Positions 30,698-40,087 of a DNA stretch of 64,000 nt are shown in pieces. The position numbers and the translations under genes are program-made. This stretch comes from Chloroflexota bacterium. GTDB lineage: Bacteria > Chloroflexota > UBA11872 > VXOZ01. Under the pieces are notes generated by a model, which was not told the DNA's origin, ran no database searches, and saw only the letters and a list, made by a program, of their open reading frames with translations. The DNA is taken from NCBI GenBank assembly GCA_964291655.2, contig OZ219802.1:160001-224000 (forward strand), in the 5' to 3' direction. The number at the start of each line of letters is the position of its first letter. Positions within the stretch are counted from its first letter, which is position 1.

Positions 30698-32154
30698 TGA
30701 TTGCCTCAATGGTTTCGCCGCCAAAAGTCAAGCGCAGAAAGCACGTAACCGGAAAGGTGCTCCTTGGATTGCTTGACTTGGCTCTTGCCGCTCTCGCCTT
30801 CTACGCCTCCTGGTGGCTGCGCTACGAGTTGGAGGTAGGACCGGATCTGAACGAATTTCAATACTTGCCGATTGAATTCTATCTGCCTGTCTTTGGTAGC
30901 TACCTAGCCCTCATATTTGTCGCCTTTCAGGTTACGCGTGTCTACCGGCTGCGGCGTTCAACCGGCCTGCTGGGTGAATTAGGGCGGATCATCCTGGGCT
31001 CTGCACTGGCCGTCTTTTTCCTCATAGTTATATTTTCCATGTATCAACCCACGGTTTACTCGCGGCTTGTCTTTACGTACGTCGGGTTGAGCACCCCGTT
31101 GATTGTAGGCGTCAGCCGCCTGCTGCTGCGCATAGGGGTCGATATGCTGAGACGTCGTGGCCGCCTGCTCGAGCAGTTAGTCGTCGTTGGCGGAGGCATG
31201 CATGGCAAGATGATCATGCAACAAGTGGTTACGCAGCCCAATTTGGGCTACCGGCTCGTTGGTTTCTTGGACGACGGCCACCACTCTCGGGGAGCGCACT
31301 TTGGCCGCATCAAGGTATTGGGGCCGGTTGATCGTCTGGCAGACGCGGTGCAGGCCCATGGCGTGGAACGTGTGATTATTGCGTTGCCGGCCACCGAGCA
31401 TCGACGTATCGCAGACTTAATCGATCAGTGCAAGGTTCAAGGTGTTGGCTTTCACCTCATACCGGACCTCTTTGAGATCCAACTCAACACGGTAGACATC
31501 GACTCAATAGGAGGCATCCCCATCATCGGCCTGAAAGATGGTGGGATCGCTGGCTGGGACCTCTTCCTGAAGCGCCTGCTTGATATCGTCGTATCCACTG
31601 CCGTGCTCGTCCTGGGTAGCCCCGTTTTCCTCATCATTGCGCTCGCCATCAAACTGGAGTCGTCAGGCCCGGTGATCTACGCGGCAGACCGCGTTGGTCA
31701 AGAAGGCAAGCCCTTTAGAATGTACAAGTTTCGCTCGATGCGCGAGGACGCGGACAAGCTGCTCGCTTCACTCGCCGGCCACAATCAGGCCGACGGTCCG
31801 CTCTTCAAGATGGCAAATGATCCCCGGCGCACGCGAATAGGCGCTTGGCTGCGCAAACTCTCGCTGGATGAGCTGCCGCAATTCTGGAACATATTGCGAG
31901 GCAACATGAGCCTGGTGGGCCCACGTGCTCCGCTAGCCGATGAGGTGGACCAATACGAGGAATGGCAAAAGAAGCGGCTCAGTGTCAGACCCGGTCTTAC
32001 GGGGCTGTGGCAGGTGAATGGAAGAAGCAACGTCCCCTTCGAAGAGATGGTGATGATGGATATCTACTACATAGAAAACTGGACGATTGGACTTGACATC
32101 AATCTGGCAATTCGCACAGTTCCAGCGGTCCTGCGTCGTGACGGCGCTTATTGA
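30694..32154 (+). CDS. Undecaprenyl-phosphate sugar phosphotransferase (WcaJ/CpsE-type priming GT)
   Basis: KRLLDI, YKFRSM, DELPQFWN, MSLVGPR, RPGLTGLWQV. Confidence 0.95.
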   Translation: MMIASMVSPPKVKRRKHVTGKVLLGLLDLALAALAFYASWWLRYELEVGPDLNEFQYLPIEFYLPVFGSYLALIFVAFQVTRVYRLRRSTGLLGELGRIILGSALAVFFLIVIFSMYQPTVYSRLVFTYVGLSTPLIVGVSRLLLRIGVDMLRRRGRLLEQLVVVGGGMHGKMIMQQVVTQPNLGYRLVGFLDDGHHSRGAHFGRIKVLGPVDRLADAVQAHGVERVIIALPATEHRRIADLIDQCKVQGVGFHLIPDLFEIQLNTVDIDSIGGIPIIGLKDGGIAGWDLFLKRLLDIVVSTAVLVLGSPVFLIIALAIKLESSGPVIYAADRVGQEGKPFRMYKFRSMREDADKLLASLAGHNQADGPLFKMANDPRRTRIGAWLRKLSLDELPQFWNILRGNMSLVGPRAPLADEVDQYEEWQKKRLSVRPGLTGLWQVNGRSNVPFEEMVMMDIYYIENWTIGLDINLAIRTVPAVLRRDGAY

Positions 32155-32494
32155 CTGTCTCTTGTGGCGACGAACGGTTCTGCCAGCACTCCGCAATGGC
32201 GAACGGTGCCAACGACGTTGGCGCAACCATATCCTCTTCAACGTCGTGCACAAATGCACTTCTCATTGAAGAGGAATTGATGGGTTGGTTGTGTGCAGAC
32301 GTGTACAGTTGGTTCACTTCAGCAGGCAAGTTGACGGCCTACAATCGCTTTCGTTCAAGCAATGTGCCAAGACTCGATGGGTCCATAAAGAATAGCTCTT
32401 GCTATCAGTTGCCGGCAGCCATTGGCCGCTGCCACTTAAGCCACTAAGCAAAGCCCGATTACTCTCTCAGCAGCGAAGAATGCCTCCTACTACA

Positions 32495-33628
32495 ATGCGA
32501 ATTGCCATTATCCATGACTATCTCAACCAAATGGGGGGCGCTGAAAACGTACTGCTCACGCTTCACGAGATCTTTCCTGAGGCGCCCATTTACACGTCAC
32601 TCTATCGTCCCGAAGCCATGCCGGCGGCGTTCCGCTCACTCGATATACGCACGACCTTCTTGCAGAAACTAGGACCCCTTACTCGCTATCCCCGTCATCA
32701 GAAGCTGCTACCGCTCTATCCGGTCGCCTTTGAGCAACTAGACCTCCGTGAGTACGACATTGTCATCAGTAACAGCAGCGCTTGGTGCAAGGGTGTCATT
32801 ACTCGTGAGGACACCCGGCACATTTGTTACTGCCTCTCACCCATGCGTTTTGCCTGGAACACCCACGAATACCTCGCCGGAGAGCGCTTTGGCTGGTTTG
32901 CGCGCAGGATCCTTCCATTGACGCTCACCTGGATTCGCGCCTGGGACGTGGCTGCGAGCGCGCGCGTAGACGACTTTATCGCAATTTCCCGCGTGGTTGC
33001 TGCCAGAATCCAGAAGCTCTACAGGCGCGAGTCTACAATTCTCTTTCCTCCCGTCGATACAACGCTCTTCACTCCTTCCGATCAGATGGACGACTACTTT
33101 CTGGTGGTTTCACGCCTGGTCCCATACAAAAGGGTGGACCTTGCAGTAAGGGCCTTCAATCGCCTTGGACTACCACTACGGATCATTGGCGATGGACGCG
33201 ACCGCGGTCGCTTAGAAGCAATGGCACAAGCTAACGTCCAATTCCTTGGCTATGTAGATGATGAGGAGCGAATGCGCCACCTCTCCAGGTGCCGAGCGCT
33301 GATATTCCCCGGCGAAGAGGACTTCGGTCTCGTACCAGTTGAAACCCAAGCTTCCGGTCGTCCGGTCATTGCCTACGCTGCCGGAGGAGCGCTCGACACG
33401 GTAATTGAAGGCGAAACAGGTCTTTTCTTTCACACGCAAGAGTTGGGCGCTCTCTGCGATGCCGTGGAGCGTTTCGCGACTATGGATTTCAGCGTGGAGC
33501 GAATTACCGCCCATGCCACGACCTTCGACAAGAGCGTTTTCCAGGAGAGAATTGAGGCGCTTGTTGAGAGTACACCAGGGCACCCATATCTTCCCCAAGA
33601 CCCTGGCTCTCAGTCTTCGCTGACGTAG
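32495..33628 (+). CDS. Glycosyltransferase family 4
   Basis: MRIAIIHDYLNQMGGAE, SRLVPYKRVD, EDFGLVPVE. Confidence 0.95.
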   Translation: MRIAIIHDYLNQMGGAENVLLTLHEIFPEAPIYTSLYRPEAMPAAFRSLDIRTTFLQKLGPLTRYPRHQKLLPLYPVAFEQLDLREYDIVISNSSAWCKGVITREDTRHICYCLSPMRFAWNTHEYLAGERFGWFARRILPLTLTWIRAWDVAASARVDDFIAISRVVAARIQKLYRRESTILFPPVDTTLFTPSDQMDDYFLVVSRLVPYKRVDLAVRAFNRLGLPLRIIGDGRDRGRLEAMAQANVQFLGYVDDEERMRHLSRCRALIFPGEEDFGLVPVETQASGRPVIAYAAGGALDTVIEGETGLFFHTQELGALCDAVERFATMDFSVERITAHATTFDKSVFQERIEALVESTPGHPYLPQDPGSQSSLT

Positions 33629-33679
33629 CCAAGGAATCTGCTATGATGGGGTGGTATCCAGCAATCACCAACACACCAT

Positions 33680-34435
33680 ATGAGCATCCAATCCTATCTC
33701 AGAATTCTCGGGGCCAGAAAGAAGCTCATTCTCGGCGTTACGCTCGTGGCCTTCCTCGGCAGTGTGCTCTTAGCGCTGCTCTGGCCGAACGCATATGAGT
33801 CAACGGTTCGGGTGCATGTCCAGCCGGTGCCACCACCAGCAGAACAAGGGGCTGGCTTCTATTACTCACAAGAGTACTATCGTCAGATTATTGCCCAGTA
33901 CAACATTGAAGACTTTTCTGAGATTGTCCGCGGACGCGCGTTTGCCACAAGCATTTCTGAAGTCGTTGCTGAAAGGTATGGGCTGCAGCTTGCCCCAAAG
34001 GTGATCGAAGAATCGCTCACCAGCGATCACAGTCATCGAGTCTTGGAGATCACCCTAGTCAGTGGTGAGGCGAGGGTTGCCCAAGCTCTCGCAGATGCCG
34101 CCCAAACTGTATTTGAAACAGAGTCAAAAGAGTACTTTCAAAGTGTGAAGGAAGGACTCGTTAGCGTAAAGATTATTGATCCCGCTAGCGATCCGGAGGC
34201 AACCTCACTGCTGCGTCTTGGTCTTGATGTTTTCGCTCGCACTCTGGTTGCGTTTCTCCTAATTACCGGAGTCGCGTTTGTCCTAGAGGTGGTTGCAGGA
34301 GTGAGTCGTTCGCGGGAAGACATTGAGGAAGTGCTTCGCGTTCCGATACTCACAACTATCCCGCCGATCGCCGGGCAGGAAGTGGCGCCTGCGGAGAATT
34401 CAGATGGAGAGTCGGTCGAAAGCAAGGCGCGCTGA
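33680..34435 (+). CDS. Polysaccharide chain-length determinant (CpsC/YveK/Wzz-like)
   Basis: Two TM helices flanking an extracellular loop; EDIEEVLRVPILTTIP C-terminal motif. Confidence 0.8.
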   Translation: MSIQSYLRILGARKKLILGVTLVAFLGSVLLALLWPNAYESTVRVHVQPVPPPAEQGAGFYYSQEYYRQIIAQYNIEDFSEIVRGRAFATSISEVVAERYGLQLAPKVIEESLTSDHSHRVLEITLVSGEARVAQALADAAQTVFETESKEYFQSVKEGLVSVKIIDPASDPEATSLLRLGLDVFARTLVAFLLITGVAFVLEVVAGVSRSREDIEEVLRVPILTTIPPIAGQEVAPAENSDGESVESKAR

Positions 34436-35128
34436 ATGCTTGAATTCGCATCGCTACGGCTACAGGATTATACTGGCGTCATTCGACGCCGATTCTGGAT
34501 TGTGCTCGTTCTTGCTCTGGTCGCCGTTTTATCTGCCTATCTTTACAGCAGCCGTCAACAGCCGGTGTACCAAGCGGGGGTAAGTGTCTTGGTAACACCA
34601 AATGTCATTGACTACTGGACGATTCAAGCCGTAGAGCGGTTGCTCAACACGTATGTAGAGCGTGTGCGCACCTGGGAGGCGGCACAACGCGTGGTCGATC
34701 GCAAAGAACTAGATGACTCGCCTGGCAATGTGCTTGGCGGCCTGCGCATGGTAGTCGTCCCAGCCAGCTACAAGGTGTTTATTCAGGCGGAGAGTTCCTC
34801 TGCGCAACAAGCGGTTCATGTCGCAAATGGCTTTGCTGAGGAGCTTGAGCAACTAGCTCAGTCGGAGCAAAGCAGTGGCCCAGGCGGTGACATCTTCTTG
34901 CGGGCAAAAGTCCTAGACAGAGCGAGTAGCGCGGCCCAGATAAGCCCGCGCTTGAGATTCAATGTGGCGGTTGCCCTTGTCCTTGGTGCAATTGCCGGCA
35001 TTGTATTGGCACTGGCGGCTGAATTTCTCGACGCGCGCGTCCGTTTGCGGCAGGAGGCCCAGCAACTGCTCGGTGCGCCCACTCTTGTCTGCGTCCCACC
35101 TGTATCCGGGTCCGATGCTGAGAGTTAG
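34436..35128 (+). CDS. Second chain-length determinant (CpsC/YveK/Wzz-like)
   Basis: LQDY..IRRRFW, PVYQA, SPR..N, EFLD..LGAPTL. Confidence 0.85.
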   Translation: MLEFASLRLQDYTGVIRRRFWIVLVLALVAVLSAYLYSSRQQPVYQAGVSVLVTPNVIDYWTIQAVERLLNTYVERVRTWEAAQRVVDRKELDDSPGNVLGGLRMVVVPASYKVFIQAESSSAQQAVHVANGFAEELEQLAQSEQSSGPGGDIFLRAKVLDRASSAAQISPRLRFNVAVALVLGAIAGIVLALAAEFLDARVRLRQEAQQLLGAPTLVCVPPVSGSDAES

Positions 35129-35171
35129 CAAGCTGCGTAGACGCTTCACCGGCATTTGACTAAATGAGGCA

Positions 35172-35837
35172 ATGATTACAATGACTTTACCCTCTGTGCA
35201 ACTCCCGACAATTCACCAGGCGAATAGTCCTGCTTCCGAGGCGTTTCGCGCCCTCCGCACGACGATACGTTTTCAAGCAGATGAGCATGCTCAGAAGACT
35301 CTATTAGTGACGAGCGCCGGGCCGCAGGAAGGCAAGAGTCTGGTGGCAGCAAACCTTGCGTCTTCATTGGCGCAATTGGGCCTGCGAGTCATGCTCATCG
35401 ATGCGAATTTGCGCACGCCCGCCTTGCACACCGCTTTTGACGTTTCTCAAGAACCGGGGCTCGCAGACTACCTTAGTGGCATGGAGAACGCAGCGTACCA
35501 CCAAGACTGCGGGACAGAAGGGCTGAATTTGCTGCCAGCAGGCGCTGTTCCAGAGAATGCCCCTGAACTGCTCGCTTCACAACGCATGGCGAAATTCATT
35601 GCGGACCTTGCACAACAATGCGACCACGTTATATTAGATACACCACCGCTTCTCATGGCGGCCGACGCCGCCGCACTGGCTCGTTGCGTTGACGGTGTGC
35701 TCCTCGTTGTGCGCGCCAATCAAACGCGGCGCGACCAGGTGCAAAGAGCTAAGGCCATGCTGACACAGATCGATGCAAACGTCCTGGGTGTAGTGTTTAA
35801 CGATGACCCCAATGCCAAGAATTCGCTTGTCGGGTAG
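35172..35837 (+). CDS. CpsD/CapB family BY-kinase
   Basis: EAFRALRT, GPQEGKS, DANLR, DTPP, VLGVVFN. Confidence 0.92.
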   Translation: MITMTLPSVQLPTIHQANSPASEAFRALRTTIRFQADEHAQKTLLVTSAGPQEGKSLVAANLASSLAQLGLRVMLIDANLRTPALHTAFDVSQEPGLADYLSGMENAAYHQDCGTEGLNLLPAGAVPENAPELLASQRMAKFIADLAQQCDHVILDTPPLLMAADAAALARCVDGVLLVVRANQTRRDQVQRAKAMLTQIDANVLGVVFNDDPNAKNSLVG

Positions 35838-37047
35838 CTGGCGGCATTGCGCTTTCAGCCTGCTACTTGCCCTTTGGCTGTCCCACATCGGAATCTCGCC
35901 GGCACTAGCAAGCGTAAACGGTGACCTAAGTGCCACCACTGATCCGCCAAATCAGGCGTTCTTTAGTGAGGTGTCCGGATACGGTGAAGGGTTCGGCTAT
36001 GTCATTCAGGATATTCCCGACGGCCCAGAATTCTTCACCCTGTTTCAAGCCCTTGGCGGCGCAGACTCTCTCGGCTATCCCGTGGCCTCTCACTTCACAG
36101 ACACAACTACGGGAGACATGTATCTGGTTCTGCAACGTGCGGTATTGGTTTGGCATAGCGCTACCGGCCAAACTTCTGTCGCCAACACCTTTGAACTCCT
36201 CGACAACGTCGGGCTTGAGTTATGGCTCTTCCACCGTGGCATTCCCCGGGCGATCAAGGACGACGGTGGATCCACATTTGAGGAGTCCCGGGCTATTCGG
36301 CTCTCCTGGCTGACCGATCAAGGGATCGCCGATCTCTTTCTGCAAAATCCGCTGGACCCGGGCAATCTTGAAGCCTCTATCGTGCTGTATGGCCTGCCAA
36401 TGTCACGGCCTGAGAAAATCGGCCCATTCGTCGTGCAGCGATTTCAAAGGGCGGCATTCCAACGCTGGGTTGAATCTGTGCCCGGCCAGCCGGTTCCTGG
36501 CTCCGTGACACGGGTCTTTGCCGGAGACCTCTACAAAGATGCCAATCTCATTCCGATTGAAGCGTTTCGACCGGAGCCAAACCCATTCGATAGGCCGAGC
36601 GATGCCTTGCTGGCCCAAATACGTACCCTACTCGCCGAACAACCGGCTACGGCGCATCTCGTGCCCTACTTAGAACACGTCATAGTCGGATATGCGCCTG
36701 ATCTGCTGGACACTGCGGCGTTGCGCGTCGGAAACTGGGTCTTGATATACTTGCATCCCGCGCTAAAGGATGCACGCTATGAAGCAGTCGCAGCGGTGCT
36801 CGCCCACCTCGCTACCTATCTGGAAGCCCAAACACTCTCTTCAGTTCCTTTTGAACAATCCCGTGATACGTGTCGAGAGCTGGTTTCAAACGGCCTGCGT
36901 GTTGAGGCAGCGCTTTGGCAGGCGCTCTGGGGCTCTGAGGGCACATACAATGCGAAATCGTATGAAGAGATATTGAATGGATACGTGGTGGAGTCTCAAC
37001 GATCGGCAAGCTGGGCGGACTTTCTTGCAGAGATCCACTGCACGTAG
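35803..37047 (+). CDS. Secreted hypothetical protein (LGYP / GLPMS repeat domains)
   Basis: Signal peptide (PALA); repeats GGADSLGYP..LQRAVLVW and YGLPMS..QRFQRAAFQRW. Confidence 0.7.
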   Translation: MTPMPRIRLSGSWRHCAFSLLLALWLSHIGISPALASVNGDLSATTDPPNQAFFSEVSGYGEGFGYVIQDIPDGPEFFTLFQALGGADSLGYPVASHFTDTTTGDMYLVLQRAVLVWHSATGQTSVANTFELLDNVGLELWLFHRGIPRAIKDDGGSTFEESRAIRLSWLTDQGIADLFLQNPLDPGNLEASIVLYGLPMSRPEKIGPFVVQRFQRAAFQRWVESVPGQPVPGSVTRVFAGDLYKDANLIPIEAFRPEPNPFDRPSDALLAQIRTLLAEQPATAHLVPYLEHVIVGYAPDLLDTAALRVGNWVLIYLHPALKDARYEAVAAVLAHLATYLEAQTLSSVPFEQSRDTCRELVSNGLRVEAALWQALWGSEGTYNAKSYEEILNGYVVESQRSASWADFLAEIHCT

Positions 37048-37060
37048 GACATAACCGCGG

Positions 37061-38035
37061 ATGTGGCGAACAGTAGGTCATGGTCGGGTGTTGCGTTTCC
37101 TGCAGCGCGCGATCGCCCAAAACTCTCTAGGACATGCAATTCTGTTTGCCGGCCCACAGTCGGTCGGCAAGCGGACTCTCGCCATCGACCTGACTGCCGC
37201 CCTACTCTGCGATGTCCAGCCAAGCGATCCGTGCTGGGAGTGCGTTCAGTGCAAAGGGGTTCTGCGTCAAGAGCACGCCGACCTTCACATGGTGGAGTTG
37301 GAAGAAGGCCGCAAATCAATCCGTATGGAGCAAGTTGCGGAACTGCAGCGAGCGGTCGCATTACGTCCCTTCCAAGCAGCGCAGCGCGTCTCCCTGATCC
37401 TCGATGCGCACATTCTCCAACCTGAAGCAAGTCAGCGCCTGCTTAAGACGCTCGAGGAGCCACCCGCGCACAACACCCTTATCCTCACTGCAACATCCAC
37501 GCAACTCCTGCCACAGACCCTACTGTCGCGTTGCCAGGTGTGGCGTCTCGCGGGACTCCCTCGTCGAGTTGTGCAGGCTGAATTAGAACAGCGCGGGGTG
37601 CCGGAGGAAGACGCCGCATTCCTTGCGGCGGCGAGCTTGGGGCGATTGGGGTGGGCAATCCGTGCAAGCGCGCAGCCGGATTTACGTGAGCAAGAGGATC
37701 TCATCGTACAATCCCTTGTGCAGACCCTCCAAGCCGACCGGGCATCGAGAACAGAGATCGTGGATCGGCTCATTGATCAAGTATCAGATCTTGAACGCCT
37801 GTTCGACCTGTGGTGTGAGTGGTGGCGCTCATTCCTCCTGCTCCAAGTGGGAGTCCCGGATGGCACCGCTACTGACAGCCATGCTCTCGGCAATGTTGCC
37901 GACCTCAGCATCTCTCCCCAGGAAGTTGTGAGCGCGATCAAGCGGGTCGACGAAGCGCGCGAGTGGGTGAGAGCAAACGTAAATGCACGTCTCGCCTTAG
38001 AAACACTTGTGCTGCACCTGCCAGAAGCGCCGTGA
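37061..38035 (+). CDS. holB: DNA polymerase III subunit delta'
   Basis: HAILFAGPQSVGK, Zn cysteines, HADL, LLKTLEEPP, SRCQ. Confidence 0.93.
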   Translation: MWRTVGHGRVLRFLQRAIAQNSLGHAILFAGPQSVGKRTLAIDLTAALLCDVQPSDPCWECVQCKGVLRQEHADLHMVELEEGRKSIRMEQVAELQRAVALRPFQAAQRVSLILDAHILQPEASQRLLKTLEEPPAHNTLILTATSTQLLPQTLLSRCQVWRLAGLPRRVVQAELEQRGVPEEDAAFLAAASLGRLGWAIRASAQPDLREQEDLIVQSLVQTLQADRASRTEIVDRLIDQVSDLERLFDLWCEWWRSFLLLQVGVPDGTATDSHALGNVADLSISPQEVVSAIKRVDEAREWVRANVNARLALETLVLHLPEAP

Positions 38036-38297
38036 GACGCATTACTACGTTCAGCCGTGAGTGGTATACTTGGAACTTGGTGGTTGCGTACAATCTTAGG
38101 GGTCGGACGGCAATTGCTTCACTGCAATAACAGGAACGAGGAAGTTGCAGGAATGCGGTAGGCTCAAAGTCCTGCAGTGTGCAAGTAGTGTAAGACACGA
38201 GTGTTCCACCTTTGATTAGACTAGATGGCAGGGGTTCGCCAAAGACTCTCGACTAACAATTGACCTGCCAGAATAATTGTGGAGGGATGTGGGTTCA

Positions 38298-38615
38298 ATG
38301 CCGTTGTACGAATATGAATGTGGTGATTGCAGCCATCGCTTTGAACGGCAGCAGCGGTTCAGTGATCCTCCGGTGACAAATTGCCCTGAGTGCGATGGTG
38401 CAGTGCGTAAGGTATTCCATCCTGCGAGTGTGATCTTCAAGGGAAGTGGATGGTACGTCACCGATAACCGCACGAATAATGGCAAGAGTGAGAAGAACGG
38501 CAGTCCAAAACCCAAGGAAGCTACGGCAAAGGATTCTGCCGAGTCGAAAGCAGCGGGCACGGCCAAATCGGACTCTGGTGGAGAATCGAAGTCTGCGCCA
38601 GCTAAGAAGGATTGA
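38298..38615 (+). CDS. FmdB family zinc-ribbon protein
   Basis: MPLYEYECGDC...CPEC...FKGSGWYVTD with low-complexity tail. Confidence 0.93.
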   Translation: MPLYEYECGDCSHRFERQQRFSDPPVTNCPECDGAVRKVFHPASVIFKGSGWYVTDNRTNNGKSEKNGSPKPKEATAKDSAESKAAGTAKSDSGGESKSAPAKKD

Positions 38616-38676
38616 CGCCTTCGTGTCCGTCGTGGACACACTGCTCACTGTTAGGCAATTCTATAGCGGTTGACTG

Positions 38677-38714
38677 GAAGGACAGCGTGGCATACAAAAG
38701 CCACCCTGTCCTTC
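38677..38714. terminator. Hairpin between convergent genes
   Basis: GAAGGACAG(c)GTGGC-loop-GCCAC(c)CTGTCCTTC. Confidence 0.55.
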
Positions 38715-38806
38715 TTCAATTGCCCTCATGATTGCCATGCTGCTGCGCTTGTCGAGTAGCCCACCTACAAGTGCAACCTCGCAAATTCATGAGCATTGGA
38801 ATTAAT

Positions 38807-39997
38807 TTATGTCATCTTAACAATCGGCTGTCCTTTGAGCCAATAGGCGAACCCGGCTGAAAACAGGAATGCCACGCCAAAGATCCCAAAGATCAACTGT
38901 TCACTACCTAAAAGGGCGATGATGGCTGCTCCTGCAAGGATTGCTATGCCGACGCCTAGGTCGCGCCACACAAAGAGCGACGCGATCGCAAGGTGACGAT
39001 TGCTGAAAGTGGTGAGATCGCCGATCATGGCATTGGTCGCCACCGGCACGGTGCTGTTCAGCAGGCCCATGGCAAGCGCGGCAATTCCCATGGTCAGAAC
39101 CCCACCAACAAATGTCGGTATGAGCAGACCCAAACCCGCTACGCCAAAGGAGAGAATGAGAATGTGCTCACGGCCAAGCCAGTCGGCAACGAATCCGCCA
39201 AGGTAGCTGCCAAAGATGCGCGTGACCCAGTACCCCGCGGTGATAAGCGCCAGCGCGCCATGACCTTGTTCGCCGCCAATAATCTGGCTGAAGCTGCCCA
39301 GAATGAGACCGAAAGCGAGTGACGAAAGAAAGAGAAAGAGCGCAGCCAGACCGGTGCGCGGTACGGTTAACACCTGGAATATCGGCGCCAGGCGCGGCTT
39401 TACGCGTTTTGTGTGCTGGTAGGGCAAGAAGAGGAATGTCGCGACGCCAATTGCCGTAATAGCGGCCGCCACCAGCGGGCCAAACTCAACGTTGGTAACA
39501 CTCATGAGCACCCCGAGCAGAAGCACGCCAATCGCTTGCCCGCCCGTTGTCGCCGTGTAAAGCAATCCGCTGGCGCGTCCGTAATGCGTGTCGGCGGTCG
39601 CATCCAGGAGTTGCGTTGTGCTTGATATCCACATGGCCGCGGCGCCCCACCCCCACATCCCCGCGGCAATGAGCAAGAGCTCAAAGCGATTCAGGGCGAA
39701 TGCGGCCACGGCAAAAAGCGAGTACGTCGCCGCTCCCAGCACGGTGCTCCAATACTCTCCCAGGTAGTAGAGGGTATACGCCACCACTGCGCGCCAGACG
39801 AGAAACGAGATGTATACCACCGCAAGTACAGTAGAAGCCTGGAAAGCGTTCGTAGCCCCCTTGTCGGTGAGATAGGGGATCAAGAACTGCTGAAAAGCGC
39901 TCGCGCCCATGAAGACAAAGAAGAAGCCCGTACTTAGAACAATGACGGTGCGCGGCATTCCCGCCGCCGGCTTCGCTAGACTTCTCAATGCCTTCAC
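38807..39997 (-). CDS. MFS transporter
   Basis: About 12 TM helices; GFVADWLGRE motif A; start uncertain. Confidence 0.9.
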   Translation of the reverse strand: MKALRSLAKPAAGMPRTVIVLSTGFFFVFMGASAFQQFLIPYLTDKGATNAFQASTVLAVVYISFLVWRAVVAYTLYYLGEYWSTVLGAATYSLFAVAAFALNRFELLLIAAGMWGWGAAAMWISSTTQLLDATADTHYGRASGLLYTATTGGQAIGVLLLGVLMSVTNVEFGPLVAAAITAIGVATFLFLPYQHTKRVKPRLAPIFQVLTVPRTGLAALFLFLSSLAFGLILGSFSQIIGGEQGHGALALITAGYWVTRIFGSYLGGFVADWLGREHILILSFGVAGLGLLIPTFVGGVLTMGIAALAMGLLNSTVPVATNAMIGDLTTFSNRHLAIASLFVWRDLGVGIAILAGAAIIALLGSEQLIFGIFGVAFLFSAGFAYWLKGQPIVKMT

Positions 39998-40087
39998 GCA
40001 GTGGTAACTTTCTTGTTATCGAGATCCGCAAGTTGGCAACACAAAGCGCCATATAACCAGAGGAGACTTGCAAGGCGTACCCAAAGC

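Noticed and set aside
32099-32447. ORFs between the priming GT and the second GT4 (HDVEED, an HD-like word)
   Set aside because: Short, overlapping on both strands, with no other HD-domain features; probably intergenic or decayed sequence.
38114-38184. SRP-like RNA upstream of the FmdB gene
   Set aside because: A stem (CACTGCA/TGCAGTG) exists, but the SRP domain IV motif (CAGG-GNRA-AGCA) is not properly formed.
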